Of a stretch of 64,000 nt of DNA, positions 39,381-50,473 are shown one piece after another. Source of the DNA: Diadema antillarum. Taxonomy: Eukaryota. The position numbers and the translations under genes were made by a program. Location of the stretch: assembly GCF_040938485.1 (NCBI RefSeq), contig NW_027272242.1, positions 496,001-560,000 on the forward strand, in the 5' to 3' direction. Numbering within the stretch: the first letter of the stretch is position 1; each line of letters starts with the position of its first letter. A model generated the notes under the pieces. It was not told the DNA's origin. It did not search any database and saw only the letters and a program-made list of their open reading frames with translations.

Positions 39381-41622
39381 TGATATTAGGACCATGTATT
39401 GTAATAGTGTGTGGATAGCATCGGTCTCCAAGAAGCGAAACTGAATAAAGGAAGTTTACCATCCATAGACCAATATTGCTGCCACAACTATAGCCTTCCA
39501 TCATGCTCATAAAGTCCAACTCACAGTTGATTACGGAAGTGTTATTCCTTTCTCTGTAATATCCCATCATTCACTTTTGATGTCAATGTTTTCGTTGTCA
39601 CTGATGGTAACGTTTTATGTTAACGATTGTAAAGTGTGTAGGGCGTTTCTTTGTTCCAGACGAAGGAAAAAAGAATTGTGCCATCTTGTAAAAATGTGTC
39701 ATGGATTTTGTTAGCATTTCTGTTGCATTGTGTAGGTGCAGGAGAATAAAAAATCATACTGTAACATTTTCTCGTCTTAGAATGATGTAGCTACACGAGA
39801 CAAGATGAAACATGTGCATATCCTTGGCATGCATTATAACATGTACATTTTTCTCCCAAAGTGTATCCTACCTGTCATATCAAAAAATGATGTATGCACT
39901 TGATTCCCGTTATCCACAAAATGAATTTTTCTGTCTTGTGAGAATATGTTGCGTGTTGCACTATTTTGCATCTTTCATTTTTTAAAATCATTTTGCACAG
40001 AGTGTGTATCTAAGCAATTTGAATGACTGCTGGTCCCTAGTTAAACAATCAAAGATAAGATGAGAGGAAGAGTGTGTGTTGATGTGTAGCAATTTTGTAG
40101 AAAAAGAAATGATATGCTGTAGCCCTCATATCTTTTAGTGTGAAATTTCTGTGTTTTTACTCCGAGAGCTCTCTTCTTATTAGTATTTAGTGTGGTACAG
40201 TGTCGCCCTGTATGCTATTTTTGTTAAGCTCTGCTCTGCGAGCTCTTATATTGGTATTTTATGTGTCCTGGTGAGACAAAGGACCTTTTTGAAATTTAAA
40301 AAAAAAGAAAGGAGACAAATTCTATGACATAATGCATACATATTGAGGTATAAATAGGCAGTTCTTTTGACTGTCAACTAATCAGAAGACATTGAGATGA
40401 ATCAATGTTATATATACCATTGTGTGTAAAGTAGCTTGTGAGGTAGGATCGCAAGGAGTTGGTGTTATTTATTTTTTTAAGGACTCATAGCTGCAATAAG
40501 TATCTGTAAATACATACCTCATATTACTCATACACCAGACCCATTGTCAGCTGTAGTGAAAAATGATGAATACTGATTTTGGTTTTCCATTTCTTTTTTG
40601 TTTCTTTTTTTTTTTGGTTGCTTTATTTTGTGTTTTCATTTGACTCTCTGTACATAGTATTTATTACTGAAAGTTTTACAGAAGAACAAATCTGTTACCA
40701 GGGAAAGAGTTATTTTCTGGTCAAAAACAAAATGAAAACAAACATTATGAAAAGAAATGGATTAAGAAAAAATTGCAAATATATGTCATATGTATTTCCC
40801 AACTGAATGAATGGAATATACCAATGAGAAGTAATGTGCAGATTGGATCTCTATTTTTGGACATTTGGTGTTCCATGTTTCAGAGTGTCTGGCAAAAATG
40901 TATATTTGTTACTGTCTTTAAGAAATGTCTGCCACTGTTCATACAACCATCATATGTTACAATTCTAAATGATTTCATTGAATATGTAGTCATCAATTGC
41001 CATTAGAATTAAATCTTCTGTTATATGTGGAAAAAAATGCTACCTTGGGTGTGTATGCGTGGGTGAGATTCACAGTGAAACTCAGTGGACTTTGGATATT
41101 TAGGAAAGAGAGTGAGGTAAATAAATGAGGAAAGAAATAAGGAGGACGCTGCAATTTTAGTGGAAGAGGATTTTAATATACACTGACCGTATGTCAGATG
41201 GAAATAAAGTGAATGCAAGATGTTGTTTTTTACTGGACACATTGGGCAGCTTTAGATTTGTGACACAGACGTTTAATACGACGACTGCATCGACTGTTTT
41301 CCTCTCCCCCTGCGTCATGTTGCAAAGTAGCTTTAGATTAAGCGAGGATGCAGCTTATACAAAGTAAAGTATGGCGCCCCCATAGGATCATTGCGTCAAG
41401 TAGCTCTCTGCAGTGTTGATTTGAGCAGACGCAAAAAATGGCCCAGAACCGACCATGCCAACTCAGACGGCACAAGGTCAATTTTTATAAGGGAATGTGT
41501 GCATGTGCAGAACAGGGTTTTTTTTTCCTGTGAATGTCCACGTCTTGAAAATCTAAAGCTCCCTAATAATGAGACAAGTGGTTTGTACACAACCTCTCTT
41601 TTATGAGTTATATGCCGAGTGA

Positions 41623-41977
41623 TACTATAAAAGTGGACATTTTTGTGGTGTGGAAGTTTTTCCATGTTTCGTGCCACGTGAAACTCGTGCAGAAGATAAA
41701 GATGCGTGCGTTTTTTGCCTATTTTTATTTATTTATTTTTTCATCTGTAGTTTTCTGCATGATTGCTGGTCCTGTACGGTGAGTGGATTTGCTGTTGTAA
41801 TGTGGACCAGTTACCTTTTACTGAAGTATGTGCTGCCAAATCCTTTAACTGCCGTGGCAGCAATGATCTGTTTGAAGTACCAGGTATCCACTCAATTGCT
41901 GTGACCGTCCACAAATTTCATCTTACTCAGCCAAGCATGAAAAAGTTAATTGCGCAAAAATTTCCACTTTTACAGTA
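41623..41977. mobile_element. TA-flanked MITE
   Basis: TACTATAAAAGTGGACATTTTT ... AAAAATTTCCACTTTTACAGTA. Confidence 0.7.
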
Positions 41978-43548
41978 GTGCACATGAGTCATACCTTCAC
42001 GTTCGTAGTGTAAGAGAATCAAAAGGACAAAGAAAGAAAGCATAAACCTAGAAAAAGTTGTGAAGAAGATATGTGGCCAATCACTTTGCTTAGGTGTGAA
42101 GAAATGTGTTTAAATATACCGCAAAGGTGGAAAGTTTTGCAATACAGGAAGTTTTGAACATTTTGCGGGAGATAAAACTAGTGCAAAAATATATATATAT
42201 ATTTTTTGTTTGCTTGTTGTATGTAATGCTACTTCATGTTTTGATTCCACAAAATTAAAAACAAGCAAAATTCATCTTACCAGGCCAAACGCAAAAAAAA
42301 AAATCACTTGTGCAAAAATTTCCATTTTTTTAGTGTATGGATACCAAAGTAGAAAATGTAAAGGAAATGGTATAGTTGTCAGACAGAGTATAGTTGAATT
42401 TGCTGTTGGAAATACTTTCTACAATGAATTTACAGTAATCTGTATTTATCAATATGGCAATTTGAATACATAGCACTTGTCTCTTAGTACATATTTGTTT
42501 GTCTGTCATGAAAATCACTTCATAGGTTTTTGGGATTCAAGCTTGATATACCACCAAAGAATGTCACTGGGTACAATATAGTAAGGTTGAGTTCATTATG
42601 TTTGCGTATGTTTGAGTCCATTGCTATGGATAGCAACTTTTTGATCTGTATGGCTCCATGCCGTAGGCGGAAGTCTTTGAGTATCGTGATTTATGTCATT
42701 GCCAAGATCTCTTGCTAGGGATTGTCGTAGTTTGTATCTAGTGCTTTGTTTTGGCATTAACAGGATGTTTATAATAAATGTAAACAGATTGGAATATATT
42801 CTGATTGTACAGTGAGCCACAATTTCACATGTTCCATGTGAAGAATGAAATGTATGTAATATAGAAATATTGGTAGCAGAGAAGCAATAGATTGAATTCT
42901 TTTGAAAGGATGAATCTTTTTTTTTCCTCTCATTTTTTGTAATTGTTTGGGGAAAATCATGAGTTTTACCGCAAAACGGTATCAAGTTTGGTTGAAATAA
43001 TGTTTCATGAAAAGGATACCCCCTTTTAGGGTCTTTTTGATGCTTTACCAAATATATAGTGTGCTAGCATTATCAGGTCTACTTCTTTTGCCTTGCTGAT
43101 AAGGTAGGGCTTGCATGTTGTTTGGTAATACTGAAGCCGAATTTTCTCATCAACAAGTGAACCTGGCAAGGTTTTCATTGTTATGTATGTCATCCCTTGA
43201 AGATGACTCCTTCTCTCAGTTTAAAAATCAACTGATACCAATTCATCTGCTAGTCCTAATGCAGAAATGAAACACATCACAAATATGATGCCATTGTACA
43301 TTATAGGCAGTAGTCCATGAATTTGAGCCCTCTATCAGTCGCAGTTCCTGGCACATTTTGTGTGAAGCAACTTATGATCACCTCCTGATGTTGCTTGGTG
43401 TGAATGGTAACCCCTTGGCTGCTATGGATAGTGTAGACAGTAATTCTGTCTTCATTTATGCCAACAGACTACACACTAATTCTAACCATAGACACATAAA
43501 CACACACACACTCGCTTCTTCCCAAATACTGAGTTTGCACAAAGAGAA

Positions 43549-44067
43549 TACTGTATACGCTATATATTTCGCGGGGGGTTTATTTTCGCGAATTTCGTGA
43601 GTCGGGAGCTATTCGCGAAATTAACAACACGCGAAAATATTACCTTCCAAAATGAATCCTTTGCCGTGATGATACGAACATTTTAGTACTAGAATACCAT
43701 GTCACGGCTTACCGAACAGACCATACTGGCTAAGCTTGTTTACGCACGTCCACGTCTACTTACGAATACTGTAGAGAGCCAATCCATTATCGCAAGGGGA
43801 CCACTCATCAGAAATCTAGCGCGATGGACTTAACCACTTCAAAAATGTTGAATTCTAACTTACTAGTTTGCAGAGTTTGGCAAGTCTTTTTCATGCAGTG
43901 TATAACTAGTATTATTCTTATTATGCTAGTAAGTTGAAAATTCACACTTTCTTTGCCACTTCATATTTTCTCTGGTCCCCCTATTGCGACTTTAACCACT
44001 CGCGAAAATGTGTGACACCGGCAATTCGCGAAAATTTATGTACGCGAAAATTATAGCGTATACAGTA
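43549..44067. mobile_element. Tc1/mariner-like MITE, most intact copy of the ttcgcgaa family
   Basis: 25-bp TIR TACTGTATACGCTATA..TTTCGCG including TA at both ends. Confidence 0.85.
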
Positions 44068-44584
44068 CCCCCATGGTATGGTAATCAGCAGCAGAGCTGG
44101 TGTCTTTGATGGTTACAATGCTCAGGTCTTTTGACTGCAAAATTCACCTTCTGTAAACAGCAGTGCATGCAACAATCATTACATACTGTCTGTCAAGTGG
44201 CTGTCAGATGAGCTCTTTTCTGAAAACCAAGTACAAAGGGCATGTTCCCAAGTGATACCTGTGAACAAATTGACAAAGGGGGACTACTGCCTGTAATGCT
44301 GATCATTTCTGTTCATTGGGCAAGAAATGACTTGTGGGGAACATGAATGTATCAATCAATATTTTGGTTTAATACTAGAAATGAAATGAGAGCCAGACGT
44401 GGTATCTGCATAATGTATATTTTGTTTGGTTCAAAAAATTTTTGTTTTCTGAAGTTGTGTATAACATTGCGGTAGTGATTTTACGATGGAGGAAGTAATA
44501 AATTTCATTCATATGTGTTCAAATGTTTCATCAAGTTGATTGTGTCAGTCTCTACTTGCTGTTATGTGTTGACTCATGTGTGTG

Positions 44585-44937
44585 TACAGGAGAAACTCGA
44601 TATAATGAACACTGCCATAACAAGATATCGGTTGTTACGAGGAAATTTTCCTGGTCCCGAATTTCCTTCCACACAAGTCTATGTAAAACGCTACTCTTAT
44701 AGCGAGATCGGCTATTACGAAATAATTGCTATAACAAGATAAATTTTGTGAATTCCAAACAGAGAAAAACATAGCTAATCAAACCTGTTATAGCGAGGTA
44801 AAGCAAAATCTCTTCGGGTAAAGCTTTAGTTCGCCTGTGCGATCATGTTCCATGATTGTAAAGCTCGATGCGACGAAAACTGTGTCTTGTACACACATAT
44901 TTTCTTCAGTACACTCCACCTAGCACCGCATGTTGTA

Positions 44938-44980
<43 letters not shown>

Positions 44981-45546
44981 ACACTGATACATGCAGAGAA
45001 TGTGCTTGGAGTATTGTACGGCCAGCCCTACGCATACATGACATCGTTATGACGTATAGCAGGTGTGAGGCAATCTGATGCTTTGATTGGCTTTCTGCTA
45101 GGGAATCTCCCATCTTCACACACGCAGGCATAATATACATGTATGTACTTACATAAATACAGGATGTGTCACATACACAACATAGCATTGTGCAGAACAT
45201 GTTCGAGCTTTCCACACACAACACACACTTGGCATAACCACATACCAATCCACGGACAATCATGACACGATTGCAAGCTATACATTTACAAATTCAAACA
45301 TCCATTCAGAAACACATTCTTGATATTGGATTTCATTGACAAAAAATTATACCCATACGGTGAGCAATTCTCTCACACACATTACCAGGTTATCAGTATT
45401 AATTGAAAGGTGATGGGTAGTCCCACATGTGCAAATTAATGTCTCACTTTTATGCTTTTTCATGCCTACTGATATATCAAGATATCGGCAATAACGAGGA
45501 AAACGACTCGGGCCTGACCATCTCGTTATTTCGAGTTTCCCCTGTA
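44585..45546. mobile_element. pogo/Tigger-like non-autonomous element, about 960 bp
   Basis: TA-CAGG(A/G)GAAACTCGA(T/A)ATAA inverted ends; no transposase ORF seen. Confidence 0.65.
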
Positions 45547-46520
45547 TATGATGACTGGTAAGAATCTTGTGGTTAAAGAGAAAGTCTATGTTCACACATG
45601 CATTTCATCTTGTTTCTGGTTTGAATTGTGTTGGAGGTGCCCTTGGGCCATTGACTTGTACAATCATACAGCAACACAGCCATATCCATGGCCCAGGGGT
45701 CATCTATGCATCATCAAAATCATTACACATGTTCATCAAAAGTCATGGAAAAACTGACAACTTTATTACAAATATTTCTGTTGTATCTTGACATGCAAAG
45801 CAGAACTCTTACAAAACGATTACATTCACAATCATTGCGCACAAATTAGGCATTTCCCTCCAGTTGCTACATTCAACAGCACAGTATATACAAATCCCAC
45901 TGAAATTCCACCAATTAACAATGCACTGCACATTATCGACGATTCTTGCTATCAATGTCATGTAAAGTGTCTCCTGGGTACATAATCTTGCACGCTAAAA
46001 AGTATTCAATTATCATCACACAAAAAATGTGTTGACTTTGAGAGTGGATCGGGGGAATGCTATGGAATGTGACACTCATTGCAATTCATAGAAATTGGCT
46101 AGTTTGGCATTTCTCTTGGTAAACTTTACAGTACACTCTGTTCAAATTTCACGGACAAACATCAAGTAGAATTGGACACTTTTTGTGCAAAAAGACCCAG
46201 TACCAAGGGCATACCATGGATGGAGTGAGAAAGGCTCGCCCAGCTTGGATATATTTGAGAATCCCTGTAACAAATTGTATAGAGCTCTATCACTGATCTC
46301 TATGTACACACACAGCCAAAGAATCTCGACTGGAGTCGACTGTTACAGGTGAGCATACGCTTCAATGCACATATTCACTGCTGGGTGCTGTTGTGGTTCT
46401 CAAATGTGCCCTAGTGGGCAGCAAATGACGATTGATTCAATCAGACCACCCATGAATCCCCACGTTGCGAGGTCTTTTAGGGTGAAAAGTTCCTCAAACA
46501 ATTTTCTCTTCTTGGTCCTG

Positions 46521-46639
46521 GGCCCCGTCTTATAAAGACTTCAAATCAATCACAAGTCCCCAAATCAATTACAACTTGCATTGCAGCTCTCAATAAACTT
46601 GTGATTGATTTCTATCACAAGTCTTTATAAGACAGGGCC
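46521..46639. mobile_element. Harbinger-like MITE with CTG target duplication
   Basis: ctg|GGCCCCGTCTTATAAAGACTT ... AAGTCTTTATAAGACAGGGCC|ctg. Confidence 0.75.
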
Positions 46640-46896
46640 CTGGGTCTCCTTATAATTCTTAGCAGTCTCAAAGACTGATTTGTCAAGAGAAATCAGGCAA
46701 AAATATCAGTTGTCTTGTCCCCAATGCAATTACCTTAAAAGCAGACGTATAACATGTGCATGTCAATAGTATTTAATATACACAAGTTGCCTACACACCC
46801 AAGTTTTGCACCCTAGTCAGTATAGTAATGCTGCACTCACAGAGAGCTGGTTCGTGATGAGTTGTCCAACATGCTCATATTTACATCGTACTTTCA

Positions 46897-47266
46897 AGGG
46901 ATCGTACAGTTTTGGTTGAGACCTAACTTCAGGTTTTTAAAAATTTTTGGTGAGACAATGAGAAACCTCTCATGAAATGTGAAAGAGCATGTCATTCCAA
47001 AAGAAATTCAACATTTGATGAAAATTGGTTTTGAAATATCCAAAACAGAGCGATCCGAATAAAAGGTGGGACCCACCTTTTATTACGATCGCTTTGTTTT
47101 ACTCTGTTTTTGGATATCTCAGCCAATCGAGAACCAATTTTCATCAAATAAACATTTAATTCCTTTTAGAATGGTATGCTCTACACTATTTGATAAGTGG
47201 TTTCTTGGTATGTTGCAAAAAAAATAAAAGCCTTATCCTCATCTCCACCAATACTATACTATCCCT
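46897..47266. mobile_element. Kolobok-like MITE
   Basis: AGGGATCGTACAGTTTTGG vs reverse complement AGGGATAGTATAGTATTGG; TTAA on the right. Confidence 0.65.
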
Positions 47267-48174
47267 TTAACAGATACAATAATTTTACAAATTTTTTTAG
47301 TTTGGTCCAACACCATATTCAGCTCATTTTCTAAAAGAATTCACATTCATTGCATCAGCTATAATTCAGCAGGAAATCAAGACAGGTCTATCAAAATATA
47401 TTCTGGCTTTACTTTAATAAACTATGCTCTGACTTTACATTGCCACTACAGGATAATCTTAAAATGTCGATGATCAATATCATTCATGCCTCATACAGAA
47501 GCCTGAACTCAATCCCCAGGACTTGTGACTGACATTTCTATATCAAAATCTTGTGAATTGTACCCGATTGTTTTCTGCAACTCTTTTGAATACAATATGT
47601 ACATGATCTGAGGTAACCGATCTGTAAGTTATAATCTGTATGTAAAGACTCATGTACATACTTTTACTGCTACCACACTACTACCCACAAACTAATTTGA
47701 CCAATCGAGTCCCAGGAACAACTTTCCTCAGGTTTGGTGCTATTTCAGTCTTTTGCTTAAAATTACAAATATTCCTTGCTAGTGTTTGATAAGGTGGAGT
47801 AAACTCTCTTTCACTCAAGTCTTTTGTTGTTCATGTATAGCTGTTTGTTTTTATTGCAGAATTACCAAAATACTTCTCACTGCTAAACTGAAGATTACAA
47901 TTTCTTATCTCTTTTTCAAATGGCACATTTTTGTAAATATCTGTTTAAGTGTGCAGATTTCAATAGTTTCACTTTCTATGGGGTGAAATCAACAGGCCCA
48001 GATTTGATGCCAAGATGACATTTATCTGCAGCAAATTCTCCCAAAGCATGATGGGTTAAGATGCAGAAGAGGCCCTGGGGTGGCTAAACTTTCCTCTTGT
48101 TGTTAACAGTGGCCCTACAAGGGGCTCTCACAAGTTGATGTAACTGCAGCATTGACTGTTACAACAAGGAAAAG

Positions 48175-49313
48175 TAGAAATTACGCGGTGCGTAAAATAT
48201 GTCCCCGCCGGAAGTAGCATTTAGTATCAAAATGTACTATATAGGTCAAAAGATCAAGGTCAAAGGTCAAAGAAGTCAAAGGTCAACATTCTGTGTAGAA
48301 GTTTTGAAGCCCTCACCTAGTGCCATCACATAAAGCAAACGGAATCGAAATCCGGTTAGAAATGGCGAAGGAGTAGCATTTTGTAGCCAATGTACAATAT
48401 GGGTAAAAAATCAAGGTCAAAGGTCAAAGAAGTCAAAGGTCAAAATTCTGTGTAGAAGTTTTGAAGCCCTCACCTAGTGCCATCACATAAAGCAAACGGA
48501 ATCGAAATCGGGTTAGAAATGGCGAAGGAGTAGCATTTTGTAGCAAAATGTACAATACAGGTCAAAAAATCAAGGTCAAAAATCAAAAAAGTCAAAGGTC
48601 AAAATTCTGCGTAGAAGTGTTGAAGCCCTCACCTAGTGCCATCACATAAAGCAAACGGAATCGAAATCGGGTTAGAAATGGCGAAGGAGTAGCATTTTGT
48701 AGCAAAATGTACAATATGGGTCAAAAAATCAAGGTCAAAGGTCAAAGAAGTCAAAGATCAAAATTCTGTGTAGAAGTTTTGAAGCCCTCACCTAGTGCCA
48801 TCACATAAAGCAAACGGAATCGAAATCGGGTTAGAAATGGCGAAGGAGTAGCATTTTGTAGCAAAATGTACAATATAGGTCAAAAAATCAAGGTCAAAGG
48901 TCAAAGAAGTCAAAGGTCAAAATTCTGTGTAGAAGTTTTGAAGCCCTCACCTAGTGCCATCACATAAAGCAAACGGAATCGAAATCGGGTTAGAAATGGC
49001 GAAGGAGTAGCATTTTGTAGCAAAATGTACAATATAGGTCAAAGGTCAAGGTCAAAGGTCACGACTGAAATTCTGTGTAGAAGTTTCAAAGCTCCCATGT
49101 AGTGCCATCATATAAAGCAAACAGAATAAAAATTGGCTCATCAATGACAGAGAAGTAGCAAATTGAAGATTTTGATCACACACGGACGCACACACGGACA
49201 CACGGACGGACGGACGGACGGACGGACGGACGGACGGACGGACACACGGACACACACACGTACGGAGCCCGTTTCATAGTCCCCTGCTCGAACTCGTTCG
49301 GCGGGGACAATAA
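48175..49313 (+). mobile_element. pearl/Tsp-like non-autonomous element (Helentron-associated type) with an internal tandem array
   Basis: 11-bp subterminal inverted repeat TGTCCCCGCCG (48200-48210) / CGGCGGGGACA (49299-49309), core tandem repeats, (GGAC)n microsatellite, 3' hairpin gtcccc..cgaac-tc-gttcg..ggggac. Confidence 0.75.
48211..49160 (+). repeat. Tandem array of about 6 units, period 157-159 bp
   Basis: gaagccctcacctagtgcc recurs at 48306, 48463, 48622, 48781 and 48940; a diverged sixth unit follows. Confidence 0.95.
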
Positions 49314-49552
49314 GCCTATCTCCATTAGTTGTTATTGTGTACAAAGCAAAATGTCCATCTAACTTTTCTGGAGACACACATTCCCTCAAATTTCCATTGT
49401 TAAGTTCGATTGAAATAAGTGAGTAAATTTTGGGATTTGACCCTCCTAAGAAATGACACATTATCCTTTCCCAAATATCACTCCATCATTACCTTGCTGA
49501 GAATGATTATGAGATGATTGAATCTGTCATATCATTCCCTTTGTAGTATCAA

Positions 49553-50473
49553 TCAGCCATTTTCAAACATGTCAATCTTGTCAGTTCTATCTTTGGTCCT
49601 CCTCCTTGATTGCCGAGTTCTCCTCGTGGATGGCCCCTCCCCGTTACTTTCCGGGGAGGGGACAGGGTGAGGGGCGGGTGGGGCTGAGGCGGTGAGTGGG
49701 GTCTTGCCACCGCCGGGCTTGGGGCTCAGTCTGGGCGGAATGACAAACTTGATGGGCTTCTTGGCCGCTTCACGCTCCACAGGAGCCTCGACGAGATTCT
49801 GCACTTTGCCCTGGTGATCGGAAGAACTCTGACCATCTACGGCCAACACTGGACCTTGTCCGCAAGCTGGCTTGGAGACATCATGGTCTTTCCTCTGAGA
49901 TGCCTGCATCTGTTCGTCTCCTGCCATCTGCCCAGAGGTGCTTGCAACATCCCCTCCCTCCATATTAGCAACCCTGGCTTGAGCAGATGACACCTCATCC
50001 TTTGAGACGCTCGCCACTGACGGCACCACAAGGATGGGTCCCTGCAAAGTTTCACTCTTGTCACTGGCAGACCCTTGCTTCACACTACTTTCCGCTGTGC
50101 AGCCTCTATCCTTCTCAAAGATTTCATCATTCTTTCCACTAACTGTGCCATCGGAGTTTTCCCTTGCGTTCCTCTGAGGGTGAGCTCCAGCACCGTCCGT
50201 GCTCGCCACCTCAATTGGCATTTCCCCATCCTTTCTGGGACCATCTTCGTTGTTCTTCTGCTGATCGTCGGCACTCTGAATTCGACCTTTGACCCACCTC
50301 ATGGGCTGGGGTCGGCCAACCTGACGGCTGGTCCCTTGGTCCAGCTGTCGGAAGCGGTCTCGAGCAAGGTCCCAGTTTTCACTGTTCCTCCTTCCCAGCA
50401 CCTCCATACTGTCCATGGATTTGAGTCCACCAGCACCAAGGCCAGCCTTTTTGCCATGCAAGAATACTTGTAT
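49553..50473 (-). CDS. AGGF1: AGGF1 last exon: G-patch end (AGLG), WDLARDRF, WVKG, then a long low-complexity tail
   Basis: ctccag acceptor; 306 codons to TGA. Confidence 0.85.
   Translation of the reverse strand: MQVFLHGKKAGLGAGGLKSMDSMEVLGRRNSENWDLARDRFRQLDQGTSRQVGRPQPMRWVKGRIQSADDQQKNNEDGPRKDGEMPIEVASTDGAGAHPQRNARENSDGTVSGKNDEIFEKDRGCTAESSVKQGSASDKSETLQGPILVVPSVASVSKDEVSSAQARVANMEGGDVASTSGQMAGDEQMQASQRKDHDVSKPACGQGPVLAVDGQSSSDHQGKVQNLVEAPVEREAAKKPIKFVIPPRLSPKPGGGKTPLTASAPPAPHPVPSPESNGEGPSTRRTRQSRRRTKDRTDKIDMFENG

Noticed and set aside
42596-43051. 151-aa minus ORF with faint LINE reverse-transcriptase-like words (GKASKR, KRIQ)
   Set aside because: The words fall in different frames and are too degraded to support without a search.
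48211-49160. Regular array that might be taken for CRISPR
   Set aside because: Whole 159-bp units repeat with no unique spacers, there are no cas genes, and the context is eukaryotic.
49141-49461. 106-aa ORF with VRPS repeats
   Set aside because: Translation of the (GGAC)n microsatellite.
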